From assembly GCF_965641715.1 (NCBI RefSeq), contig NZ_OZ282453.1: DNA of 64,000 nucleotides, one strand, 5' to 3'. Position numbers and translations under genes: made by a program. Below are positions 51,246 to 60,546 of the stretch, piece by piece. The notes beneath the pieces are model-generated. The model was not told where the DNA came from, searched no databases, and saw only the letters and a program-made list of their open reading frames with translations. Each line of letters starts with the position of its first letter. The stretch's first letter is position 1. This DNA comes from Escherichia coli (GTDB lineage: Bacteria > Pseudomonadota > Gammaproteobacteria > Enterobacterales > Enterobacteriaceae).

Positions 51246-52100
51246 ATGGCAAAGAAAGTTTCTAAATGGTTTCGCATTGGCGTCGAGGGTGACACCTGCG
51301 ATGGCCGTGTCATCAGCGGTGATGACATTCAGGAAATGGCGGATTCCTTCGACCCGCGTGTCTATGGCTGTCGCATTAACCTCGAACACCTGCGCGGCAT
51401 TCTGCCCGACAGTGTGCTCAAACGTTATGGCGACGTGACCGAAGTAAAAGCGGAAATCATCAGCGATGACTCTGCCCTGAATGGCAAAAAGGCGCTGTTT
51501 GGCAAAATCGCACCGCTGGACGAACTGGTCAGCATGGTGCGCAGCGGTCAGAAAGTTTACACCTCGATGGAGATCCGCCCTAACTTCGCCAACAGCGGCA
51601 AATGTTATCTCGTTGGCCTGGCGGTGACCGATGACCCGGCAAGCCTCGGCACCGAATACCTCGAATTCTGCAGCCGTGCGACCCAGAACCCGTTGGCCGG
51701 TAAAAAAGCTCACCCTGACGACCTGTTTTCCGTTGCCACGCTGGCTGAGCTGGAATTCGAGGACGTCCCCGACACTGTCCTCAACAGCCTGACCGACAAG
51801 GTCAAAGCCATTTTCAGCCGCAAGCAGGCGAGCGATGACGCGCGTCTGGCAGATGTGCATGAGGCGGTCACTACTGTCACTGAGCAGGTGCAGACCAGCC
51901 TGAGCAATAGCGAAAAACGTGTAACCGAACTCGAAACCGCGTTTGCGCAGTTTAAGCAGGATGTGACCCGCCAGACCGAAGAAAACGCGCAGGCGTTTAC
52001 CACGCTGAAAAGTTCCCTCGATAACACCGAGAGCCATCGCCAGCCGCGCCGCGAGAAGTCGAAAGGCGGAACGGGCGACGAGCTGCTGACCAACTGCTGA
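51246..52100 (+). CDS. O: Capsid scaffolding protein (gpO)
   Basis: 284 aa; MAKKVSKWFRIGVEGDTCDGRVISGDDIQEMA. Confidence 0.85.
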   Translation: MAKKVSKWFRIGVEGDTCDGRVISGDDIQEMADSFDPRVYGCRINLEHLRGILPDSVLKRYGDVTEVKAEIISDDSALNGKKALFGKIAPLDELVSMVRSGQKVYTSMEIRPNFANSGKCYLVGLAVTDDPASLGTEYLEFCSRATQNPLAGKKAHPDDLFSVATLAELEFEDVPDTVLNSLTDKVKAIFSRKQASDDARLADVHEAVTTVTEQVQTSLSNSEKRVTELETAFAQFKQDVTRQTEENAQAFTTLKSSLDNTESHRQPRREKSKGGTGDELLTNC

Positions 52101-52160
52101 TAACCCGCCGGGTGCGCGTCACCCGGCCTGATGCCCCTTTTTAGAAAAACAGGAATAACA

Positions 52161-53228
52161 ATGCGTAAAGATACCCGCTTTAAATTTAATGCTTACCTGT
52201 CCCGCGTGGCGGAGCTGAACGGCGTCGACACCGACGATGTGGCAAAGAAATTCACCGTCGAGCCGTCCGTGACGCAAACCCTGATGACCACCCTGCAGGC
52301 GTCATCTGCGTTTCTGACCAAAGTGAATATCGTGCCGGTCGACGAGCTGAAAGGCGAAAAAGTCGGGGTGGGCGTCAACGGTACGATTGCCAGCACCACT
52401 GACACCGCCGCTGATGATGAGCGTAAGACCGCTGATTTTACCGCGCTCGAATCCAACAAATACGAATGTGCGCAAATCAACTTCGATTTCCATATTCGTT
52501 ACAAACAGCTCGATCTGTGGGCGCGATTCCAGGACTTTCAGACCCGTATCCGTGACGCGATTATCAAGCGCCAGTCGCTCGATTTCATCATGGCCGGTTT
52601 CAACGGTATTACCCGTGCGGCGACCTCCAACCGTAAGCAGAACCCGCTGCTGCAGGATGTCGCGGTGGGCTGGCTGCAAAAGTACCGCAATGAAGCTGCG
52701 GCACGCGTGATGTCAAAAATCACCGACGAAGACGGCAAGGTGATTTCCGATGTGATCCGCGTGGGTAAAAACGGTGACTATGAAAACCTCGATGCGCTGG
52801 TCATGGATGCGACCACCAACCTGATTGATGAGATTTATCAGGATGACCCGGAGCTCGTCGTTATCACTGGCCGTAAGCTGATGGCGGATAAATATTTCCC
52901 GCTGGTCAACAAGGCGCAGGAAAACAGCGAAACGCTGGCCGCTGACATCATCATCAGCCAGAAGCGGATCGGCAACCTGCCCGCCGTGCGCGTGCCGTAC
53001 TTCCCGGCGAATGCCCTGATGGTGACGCGCCTCGATAACCTGTCGATTTACTTCATGGATGATGCGCACCGCCGCGCCATCATTGAAGAGCCGAAAAAAG
53101 ACCGTATCGAAAACTACGAGTCAATGAATATTGACTATGTGATCGAGGCTTACGCGGCCGGTTGCCTGATTGAGAACATCAATTTAGGTGACTTCACTGC
53201 ACCTGCCGCACCGGAAAGCGGGGAGTAA
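52161..53228 (+). CDS. N: Major capsid protein (gpN)
   Basis: About 355 aa from MRKDTRFKFNAYLSRVAELNG. Confidence 0.9.
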   Translation: MRKDTRFKFNAYLSRVAELNGVDTDDVAKKFTVEPSVTQTLMTTLQASSAFLTKVNIVPVDELKGEKVGVGVNGTIASTTDTAADDERKTADFTALESNKYECAQINFDFHIRYKQLDLWARFQDFQTRIRDAIIKRQSLDFIMAGFNGITRAATSNRKQNPLLQDVAVGWLQKYRNEAAARVMSKITDEDGKVISDVIRVGKNGDYENLDALVMDATTNLIDEIYQDDPELVVITGRKLMADKYFPLVNKAQENSETLAADIIISQKRIGNLPAVRVPYFPANALMVTRLDNLSIYFMDDAHRRAIIEEPKKDRIENYESMNIDYVIEAYAAGCLIENINLGDFTAPAAPESGE

Positions 53229-53231
53229 GCC

Positions 53232-53987
53232 ATGACGAGTCCCGCAGCGCGTCACATGATGCGGGTCTCGGCCTCTGAAACTGCGCGGCGGGCTGCTGCT
53301 CCGCTGCGCAATGCAACTGCCTATGAGCAGATGCTCGTCAAGCTGGCCGCAGACTGTCGCACGTTAAAACAAATCCGCTCCAACGAGCGCAAGGCAGACA
53401 AAAAACGTGAGCTGTTACCGTTTTATCTGCCGTGGGTGGCTGGAGTCATCGCCAGTGGCAAAGGGGCACAGGATGACATCGTCATGACCGTCATGCTCTG
53501 GCGTCTTGATGCTGATGACATTGCCGGTGCGCTGGAAATCGCCCGCTACGCGATGACGTATGGCCTGACCATGCCGACCGGCGGCCACCGCCGCACAACG
53601 CCGTATTTACTGGCCGAAGAGGTCGCCCTGTCAGCGCAGCGCTTGCTTGATGCAAAACAGCCAGTCGTGCTGTCGCTCCTGCTCGACACCATCGCACTGA
53701 CCGAACGTGCAGACATGCCCGATATCGTGCGCGCGAAGTTGTACAAAATCACCGGCTACGTGCTGCGTGATGCTGGCAACCTGACTGACGCGCTGGCGCA
53801 CCTGCAGCGTGCGATCCAGTTAGAACGGACTATCGGTGTGAAAAAGGATATTGAGCAGCTTGAACGCGCGCTGAGACCCAAACCAGAACCTGCACCCAAA
53901 CAGAATAAACCGCGTACGCGCAAACCTGCCGCTAAACCGGCGGCACAGCGCGGGCGTCCCCCGAAAGCGGCAAAAGCCGCAGGTTAA
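53232..53987 (+). CDS. M: Terminase small/endonuclease subunit (gpM)
   Basis: 251 aa; position after N; basic C-terminus. Confidence 0.8.
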   Translation: MTSPAARHMMRVSASETARRAAAPLRNATAYEQMLVKLAADCRTLKQIRSNERKADKKRELLPFYLPWVAGVIASGKGAQDDIVMTVMLWRLDADDIAGALEIARYAMTYGLTMPTGGHRRTTPYLLAEEVALSAQRLLDAKQPVVLSLLLDTIALTERADMPDIVRAKLYKITGYVLRDAGNLTDALAHLQRAIQLERTIGVKKDIEQLERALRPKPEPAPKQNKPRTRKPAAKPAAQRGRPPKAAKAAG

Positions 53988-54086
53988 CCGAGCGCTCCCC
54001 GAGCCGGGCGGCACGCCGGTCAATGCGGGTATTGATTGCCCTGACTGCGACCGGCGTCCACCGCCCACCCATTACCCGAGGTTGTC

Positions 54087-54593
54087 ATGACGACAGTGAT
54101 TATTGAGCCAAAAAAAGAGCCGCAGGACGTGCCGGGCGTGGTGATACCGCCACCGGGCGTGAGTGAGCCGGCAATAAAAAACACCTTCTTTTTTCCTGAT
54201 GTTGATCCGAAGCGCGTGCGTGAGCTGATGCGTCTGGAGCAGACCGTTTCCCCGCTGCGCCTGAATGATGCGATTAAAGCCGGTATGGCCGAAACCAATG
54301 CGGAGCTTGCCCTGTGGCGGGTTGACCAGATGGCCGCAGGTCATCAGACGCTGGCAGATGTGCCTGCCGATGATATCGACGGTGAAAGCGTGCGCTGTTT
54401 CCACTATTTCCGCGCCGTCTGCGCCATGACCAGCGCCACCCTGTTTGAACGCTATCGCGGCATCGATGCGACGGCGAAAGGTGACCGCAAGGCGGAAAGC
54501 ACCGAGGCGGTTATCGATGAACTGTGGCGGGATATGCGCTGGTCTGTGGCGCGTATTCAGGATAAGCCGCGCTGCATTGTCGGCCAAATCTGA
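54087..54593 (+). CDS. L: Head completion/stabilization protein (gpL)
   Basis: 168 aa; position. Confidence 0.8.
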   Translation: MTTVIIEPKKEPQDVPGVVIPPPGVSEPAIKNTFFFPDVDPKRVRELMRLEQTVSPLRLNDAIKAGMAETNAELALWRVDQMAAGHQTLADVPADDIDGESVRCFHYFRAVCAMTSATLFERYRGIDATAKGDRKAESTEAVIDELWRDMRWSVARIQDKPRCIVGQI

Positions 54594-54796
54594 TGAAGGT
54601 TTACGCGATGCAGGGTGACACCCTTGATGCGATTTGCGCCCGGTATTACGGGCGCACTGAGGGCGTCGTTGAAACGGTGCTGCAGGCGAATCCGGGGCTG
54701 TCAGAGTTGGGCGTTATTCTACCGCACGGCACGGCCATTGAACTGCCCGAAACCGACAGCGCCCCGAAAACCGAAACGGTGATTCTATGGGACTGA
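54593..54796 (+). CDS. X: Tail protein X (LysM-like)
   Basis: 67 aa; position. Confidence 0.75.
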   Translation: MKVYAMQGDTLDAICARYYGRTEGVVETVLQANPGLSELGVILPHGTAIELPETDSAPKTETVILWD

Positions 54797-55008
54797 GTGT
54801 GGAAAAAATCACGACCTTTATCGCTTACTGGCTGGCCGTGGGGCTGGCGTATTTCGGGGCGATGTCGCCCGAAAAGCTGGCGCTGTATGTGGGGAGTGCC
54901 TGCGCCATTTTTACCGCGCTGACGAATTACTGGTTTAAGCGCAAAACCTTTCGCTATCTGAAATCGCTCGGACTCGATAAGGGGGCGATACGTGAGCTCA
55001 ATCATTAA
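54787..55008 (+). CDS. Y: Holin-like membrane protein (gpY)
   Basis: 73 aa with two hydrophobic segments, directly upstream of the endolysin. Confidence 0.65.
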   Translation: MGLSVEKITTFIAYWLAVGLAYFGAMSPEKLALYVGSACAIFTALTNYWFKRKTFRYLKSLGLDKGAIRELNH

Positions 55009-55501
55009 ACGCTGCAGTGTGGCCGCCGTGCTGGCGCTGGCGGCACTGGTGCCTGACTTTCGTCTGCTTAACACCTCGCCCGAGGGGCTGGCGCTGATTG
55101 CTGACCTTGAAGGATGTCGCCTGACGCCTTACCAGTGCAGCGCGGGCGTGTGGACGTCGGGCATTGGCCACACTGCCGGGGTTGTCCCGAAAGGGGATAT
55201 TACCGAACAGCGCGCGGCGGAAAACCTCGTCGCGGATGTGCTCAACACTGAGCAACGGCTCGCGGTCTGTGTGCCGGTGGATATGCCACCGCGCGTCTAT
55301 GACACGCTGGTCAGTTTTGCCTTTAACGTGGGAACGGGGGCCGCCTGCCGGTCGACGCTGGTCTCGTATATCAAACGTCATCAGTGGTGGCAGGCGTGCG
55401 ACCAGCTCACCCGCTGGGTGTATGTGAAGGGTGTCCGAAACCGGGGGCTGGAAAACCGCCGCGATCGGGAGTGGGCTTACTGCGTTAAGGGGATGCAATG
55501 A
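54992..55501 (+). CDS. K: Endolysin (phage lysozyme, gpK)
   Basis: 169 aa; lysozyme motif LEGCRLTPYQCSAGVWTSGIGHT. Confidence 0.85.
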   Translation: MSSIIKRCSVAAVLALAALVPDFRLLNTSPEGLALIADLEGCRLTPYQCSAGVWTSGIGHTAGVVPKGDITEQRAAENLVADVLNTEQRLAVCVPVDMPPRVYDTLVSFAFNVGTGAACRSTLVSYIKRHQWWQACDQLTRWVYVKGVRNRGLENRRDREWAYCVKGMQ

Positions 55502-55923
55502 AAGTGCTGATTATTCTGCTGGCCGGGTTGCTCGCCATGGTGCTGTGGCTGCGCCACGATAACGCGAATTTATCCCGCTCCTTTGAAAAGGCGAACCGGG
55601 TCGCCAATGAGCAAAAGACGACGATTGGCATGCTGAAAAATCAGTTTGCCGTATCGCAGCGCATCGCCAGGACGAATGAAGCCGTGCAGGTCAGGCTCAG
55701 TGACGAGCTGAACGCCGCCGGAGAGCTGGCGGCAAGACGTGAACAAACCATAACGAGGCTGCTGAATGAAAACGAGGATTTGCGCCGCTGGTATAGCGCT
55801 GATTTGCCTGATGCTGTGCGCCGGTTGCACATCCGCACCGGCTGCGCCTCCGCTGCCTATTGTTTACAACGCCTGCCCGAAGGTGAGCTTCTGCCCGATG
55901 CCGGGCAGCGATCCCACGACTAA
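55498..55923 (+). CDS. lysB: i-spanin (LysB/Rz-like)
   Basis: 141 aa; N-terminal TM helix then coiled-coil region. Confidence 0.75.
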   Translation: MKVLIILLAGLLAMVLWLRHDNANLSRSFEKANRVANEQKTTIGMLKNQFAVSQRIARTNEAVQVRLSDELNAAGELAARREQTITRLLNENEDLRRWYSADLPDAVRRLHIRTGCASAAYCLQRLPEGELLPDAGQRSHD

Positions 55924-56056
55924 CGGCGACCTGAGTGCTGATATTCGCAGGCTTGAGCACGCGCTCACCGCCTGCGCGCTAAAGGTCGAAACCATCAAAG
56001 ACTGTCAGGATAAAATCGATGCAGAAAATGAAAAGCCTGCGCCAGGCGCTTACTGA
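55766..56056 (+). CDS. lysC: o-spanin lipoprotein (LysC/Rz1-like), embedded out of frame in lysB
   Basis: 96 aa; lipobox LCAGC; Pro-rich; overlaps lysB 3' end in another frame. Confidence 0.7.
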   Translation: MKTRICAAGIALICLMLCAGCTSAPAAPPLPIVYNACPKVSFCPMPGSDPTTNGDLSADIRRLEHALTACALKVETIKDCQDKIDAENEKPAPGAY

Positions 56057-56486
56057 CGCCGTGCCGCAGTTAAAAAACAATCCCGAAATGATGCGCATCT
56101 TTGCCGATGAGGGAAATATCTATGCGCGTCTCGCGGCCTCGCTGTCTCATGAAAAGAATTACACCCTGAATGTGATCGTCTGCGATTTTGTGGGCGACCC
56201 TGACCTGATTTTCGTGCCGGTGGCGGCATGGCTGCGTGAGAACCAGCCGGATATCTGCACGCTGGATGAGGGGCGCAAAAAGGGCTATCGGTTCCAGATG
56301 GATTTAAACGACGGTGATAATGTGGATATCAGTATCAGCCTGCAGCTCACCGAGCGCACTCTCGTCAGGGATGAAAATGGTGCGCTGCACGTCAGCTATG
56401 CGCCTGAACCACCTTTACCCGAGCCGGTGACGCGGCCAACTGAGCTGTATATCAATGGCGAACTGGTGAGCAAATGGGATGAATGA
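56019..56486 (+). CDS. R: Tail completion protein R
   Basis: 155 aa; position. Confidence 0.75.
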   Translation: MQKMKSLRQALTDAVPQLKNNPEMMRIFADEGNIYARLAASLSHEKNYTLNVIVCDFVGDPDLIFVPVAAWLRENQPDICTLDEGRKKGYRFQMDLNDGDNVDISISLQLTERTLVRDENGALHVSYAPEPPLPEPVTRPTELYINGELVSKWDE

Positions 56487-56946
56487 ATTTAAACCTTTTG
56501 ATGACAAGCTTGCGGGGTTGATTGCGGCAATATCACCGGCGGGTAGGCGTAAGCTGGCCGCTGAAATAGCAAAGCAACTGCGCAGATCGCAACAGCAACG
56601 CATCAAACAGCAAATTGCGCCTGATGGCACGCCGTATCAGGCTCGTAAGCGCCAGCCGCTCAGGGCAAAATCGGGGCGAATCAAAAGGTCGATGTTCCAG
56701 AAATTGCGAACCAGTCGCTACATGAAAGCCAGTGGCCGCAATGATGCCGCCGTGGTGGAGTTTACCGGCAAAGTGCAACGCATCGCCCAGATTCATCAGC
56801 TCGGACTCAAAGACCGGCCAAACCCTCATGCTCAGGACGTGCAATACCCGGAACGCCAGTTACTCGGATTTAGCATGACTGATAAGGAGTTGATTGAACT
56901 GTTAATTAACATGCATTTCAGAAAAAATACTGTGGCTGAATGCTGA
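56479..56946 (+). CDS. S: Tail completion protein S
   Basis: 155 aa; position. Confidence 0.75.
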   Translation: MNEFKPFDDKLAGLIAAISPAGRRKLAAEIAKQLRRSQQQRIKQQIAPDGTPYQARKRQPLRAKSGRIKRSMFQKLRTSRYMKASGRNDAAVVEFTGKVQRIAQIHQLGLKDRPNPHAQDVQYPERQLLGFSMTDKELIELLINMHFRKNTVAEC

Positions 56947-57038
56947 GAGTCCTAAGAAAATAGAGAAAGCAGATATTATACAAAAAAGATAATATCTGCT
57001 GCTGGGTCGATATTTGAATGTATTTATTTAATCTATTG

Positions 57039-57791
57039 CTAACGTTCGAATATTATTATCACCCCAAGAGTGAGATGTATATGATCTTCTATTTGTTCAT
57101 ATTCTTCTTGGGTGTAAGAAAGTTTAGCTAATTCTTCTGTTGCTGAAAAGACATCAATGGATACTTGGACGCCTGATGGGATTTCATTTTTTATTTCATT
57201 AATGTATTTGTTGTATTTTCTTGTGATTAGTATTATTGCGCGATCTCTGTCGACGGTGGTTGAGCAATATCGATTGGATTTGCTGTTGTTATTGTGGAAT
57301 GATTCGAATGCGCAATTGAGGGCAAGTCTTAGATTTGATGATCCTGTATTTCCAGTGTGATTGAAGTATTCTATGTTTCTTCTTAAGTCTTCAAATAGTT
57401 TTGCCTTATTTGGATTGTCCCCTTTAACTTCAATAGCACATTTTGGATAATCAAACCCATTATTATTGCCTAGTATGGCAATGTCTATCCTACCTTTTCT
57501 GGTTGTGTTTGCTTTGATTCTTAGTATTTGCCTTGAAAATATTTTCCCCGGCGTTAGTCTTTTTGAAAATGGCACCGTTGAAGTTATAAAATCCCCTGTA
57601 TCATATTCAAAAATTATTTTCTCATCATCTATGTGAAAATTTTTACTATCAAGTAGGGCTTTGCCTATTGATACAGTAGCGACGTATTCGGTATTGATTT
57701 TACCACCAGAACTGAAATTCATTAAACGTGTGATTTTAGCTGCATTGGACATGCCATCCTTTACTGCTGTGATTATTTCGTAATTGTCCAT
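57039..57791 (-). CDS. Cargo gene (moron), 250 aa, candidate PD-(D/E)xK-fold nuclease
   Basis: Opposite strand to the late genes; AT-rich; motif RIDIAILG...CAIEVKGD (D...E-x-K). Confidence 0.6.
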   Translation of the reverse strand: MDNYEIITAVKDGMSNAAKITRLMNFSSGGKINTEYVATVSIGKALLDSKNFHIDDEKIIFEYDTGDFITSTVPFSKRLTPGKIFSRQILRIKANTTRKGRIDIAILGNNNGFDYPKCAIEVKGDNPNKAKLFEDLRRNIEYFNHTGNTGSSNLRLALNCAFESFHNNNSKSNRYCSTTVDRDRAIILITRKYNKYINEIKNEIPSGVQVSIDVFSATEELAKLSYTQEEYEQIEDHIHLTLGVIIIFER

Positions 57792-58109
57792 ATTATTTAC
57801 TCAGGTAACTGTTTTATTTTGATTGTTCTTACTGGATGTTTTATAAGTATAATAATTTGGATTATGCTAATCAACTAGTCTTCTTTCGGCTTTTACTAAT
57901 GACTCATTTATGAATGATAATGTTATGATTCCAGCAACCGAAGTGGGTATTTTTTTGCACCCAAGTGATCGTTTTGTGGAACTAATATGAGTCTATAAGT
58001 ATCCCTATTTCACTAGTAGGTTGAGACGTCACACTTGCTGGCTGTTGTTTCATGCCCCACAAAACTCAGCTCAATTGTCGCTGGCCTCACTAGGCGGCAT
58101 CCTTTCCCC

Positions 58110-58751
58110 ATGAATACTTTAAATTCCATTCAGGATATCGCCCGAGCGATCCGAAACCTTATCCGCACCGGCATTGTGACTGCAGTCAATCCCGATGAGG
58201 GGCTTTGTCGTGTCCAGACCGGCGGCATGCAAACCACCTGGCTAAACTGGCTGACCTGCCGCGCCGGTCGCTCGCGTGTCTGGTGGGCTCCCTCGGTTGG
58301 CGAGCAGGTGCTTATTCTTGCCATTGGTGGCGAGCTTGACACCGCCTTTGTGCTGCCTGGTATTTTCTCTGATGACCATCCCGCGCCGTCGACCTCGCCC
58401 GATGCGTTTCACGTCACTTTTCCTGACGGGGCGGTTATCGAGTACGAGCCCGAAAACGGGGCGCTCACCGTGTCCGGTATCAAAACTGCCGACGTTACCG
58501 CATCGGAGTCCATCACCGCCACCGTGCCGGTGGTGCTGGTTAAGGCATCGACCTGCATCACCCTCGATACACCCGAGGTGGTGTGTACCAACAAGCTGAC
58601 AACCGGCACGCTCGAAGTGAAAAAAGGCGGGACGATGTCGGGGAACATCGAGCACACCGGCGGGAAATTTACCTCGAACGGCGTGCAGGTCGATGACCAC
58701 GACCACGGCGGCGTGAAGCGGGGCGATGACAGAACGGTGGGGACACAATGA
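58110..58751 (+). CDS. V: Baseplate spike/assembly protein V
   Basis: About 213 aa from MNTLNSIQDIARAIRNL. Confidence 0.85.
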   Translation: MNTLNSIQDIARAIRNLIRTGIVTAVNPDEGLCRVQTGGMQTTWLNWLTCRAGRSRVWWAPSVGEQVLILAIGGELDTAFVLPGIFSDDHPAPSTSPDAFHVTFPDGAVIEYEPENGALTVSGIKTADVTASESITATVPVVLVKASTCITLDTPEVVCTNKLTTGTLEVKKGGTMSGNIEHTGGKFTSNGVQVDDHDHGGVKRGDDRTVGTQ

Positions 58752-59098
58752 TGGTGCGTTATCTGGGAATGAACAGCCACACCGGTCTCAGTATTTCTGA
58801 GGTGGAACACATCAGGCAAAGCGTGCGCGACATTCTGGTCACGCCGGTGGGCTCGCGGGTCATGCGTCGGGAATATGGCTCGCTACTGTCTGCACTGATT
58901 GACCAGCCGCAGACCCCGGCGCTGCGCCTGCAGATTATGGCCGCGTGCTACTCGGCTATCCAGAAGTGGGAACCGCGCGTCAGTTTGTCGACCATCGCCT
59001 TTGAACGCGGAGAGGATGACGGAGCGATGTACGTCGATATGACCGGCACGCGTTCGGCATCAGGCCAGCCTTTTTCTATCACCCTTCCACTGAGTTAA
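58748..59098 (+). CDS. W: Baseplate protein W (GPW/gp25 family)
   Basis: 116 aa; position. Confidence 0.8.
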   Translation: MMVRYLGMNSHTGLSISEVEHIRQSVRDILVTPVGSRVMRREYGSLLSALIDQPQTPALRLQIMAACYSAIQKWEPRVSLSTIAFERGEDDGAMYVDMTGTRSASGQPFSITLPLS

Positions 59099-59103
59099 AC
59101 GTT

Positions 59104-60012
59104 ATGGCTATTGTTGACCTGAGCCAGCTCGCCGCACCTGATGTTGTGGAAGAGCTGGACTATGAAACCATCCTGACAGAGCGAAAGGCGACGCTCGTCT
59201 CGCTGTATCCCGAAGAGCAACAAGACGCGGTCGCGCGCACGCTGACGTTTGAATCAGAGCCGATCGTGAAACTGCTGCAGGAAAATGCTTATCGGGAGGT
59301 TATCTGGCGTCAGCGTGTCAATGAGTCGGCACGGGCGGTGATGCTGGCTTACGCTGCCGGTCATGACCTCGATAACCTTGGCGCAAATTACAACGTTGAA
59401 CGTCTCGTTATTACGCCTGCTGATGAAACCACGCTGCCGCCGACACCTGCTGTGATGGAGTCGGACACCGATTATCGCCTGCGTATTCAACAGGCTTTTG
59501 AGGGAATGAGTGTTGCCGGGTCGACCGGTGCGTATCAGTTTCATGGCCGCAGCGCTGACGGGCGGGTCGCCGATATTTCTGTTATCAGCCCGGAGCCTGC
59601 CTGCGTGACCGTGTCGGTGCTGTCCCGGGAGAATAACGGCGCGGCATCCGGGGAACTGCTCGCCGTGGTGCGTAATGCGCTGAACGATGAGGATGTGAGG
59701 CCGGTTGCTGACCGTGTGACCGTGCAGTCGGCGGTCATTGTCGACTACACCATTGATGCCGCGCTTTATCTTTATCCCGGCCCCGAAAGCGAGCCGGTGC
59801 TCAGTGCGGCAAAAGCGAAGCTGCAGACCTATATCAACGCGCAGCACCGGCTCGGGCGTGACATCCGCAAGTCTGCCATCTATGCAGCACTCCACGTTGA
59901 GGGCGTGCAGCGTGTCGAACTTGTCGCGCCGGTGGCTGACATCGTACTCAATGAGACGCAGGCGTCATATTGCACTGCGTACAGTGTAAATATCGGGGGC
60001 AACGATGAGTGA
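59104..60012 (+). CDS. J: Baseplate protein J
   Basis: 302 aa; position. Confidence 0.85.
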   Translation: MAIVDLSQLAAPDVVEELDYETILTERKATLVSLYPEEQQDAVARTLTFESEPIVKLLQENAYREVIWRQRVNESARAVMLAYAAGHDLDNLGANYNVERLVITPADETTLPPTPAVMESDTDYRLRIQQAFEGMSVAGSTGAYQFHGRSADGRVADISVISPEPACVTVSVLSRENNGAASGELLAVVRNALNDEDVRPVADRVTVQSAVIVDYTIDAALYLYPGPESEPVLSAAKAKLQTYINAQHRLGRDIRKSAIYAALHVEGVQRVELVAPVADIVLNETQASYCTAYSVNIGGNDE

Positions 60013-60535
60013 TACCCGTCTGCTGCCGGTGGGCTCGTCGCCGCTTGAGGTGGCGGCGGCGCGCGCCTGCGCGGATATCGAAAATACCCCTGTCCCGCTG
60101 CGTCGCCTCTGGAACCCTGACAACTGCCCCGCAAACCTGCTGCCGTGGCTGGCCTGGGCGTTTTCGGTTGATCGCTGGGATGAGAGCTGGCCGGAAGAAA
60201 CCAAACGCGAGGTTATCCGCAGCGCGTGGTTTATCCATGCGCACAAAGGGACGATAGGTGCGGTGCGTCGTGTGGTCGAGCCGCTCGGGTATCTGATTAA
60301 CGTGACGGAGTGGTGGGAGACGAACGACCCGCCGGGCACGTTTCGCCTTGATATCGGCGTGCTGGAGACCGGCATCACCGAGGAAATGTATTACGAAATG
60401 GAGAGGCTTATTGCTGATGCAAAGCCAGCCAGCCGCCATCTTATTGGCCTGAATATTATCCAGGACATACCGGGTTATCTCTTCACCGGAGCCCTGACCT
60501 ATGACGGCGACATCATCACGGTTTACCCCGGATAA
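60005..60535 (+). CDS. I: Baseplate/tail protein I
   Basis: 176 aa; position. Confidence 0.8.
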   Translation: MSDTRLLPVGSSPLEVAAARACADIENTPVPLRRLWNPDNCPANLLPWLAWAFSVDRWDESWPEETKREVIRSAWFIHAHKGTIGAVRRVVEPLGYLINVTEWWETNDPPGTFRLDIGVLETGITEEMYYEMERLIADAKPASRHLIGLNIIQDIPGYLFTGALTYDGDIITVYPG

Positions 60536-60546
60536 GTGAGAACACA

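Noticed and set aside
51153-52037. 294-aa ORF on the - strand
   Set aside because: Antisense to the capsid scaffold gene O; no independent support.
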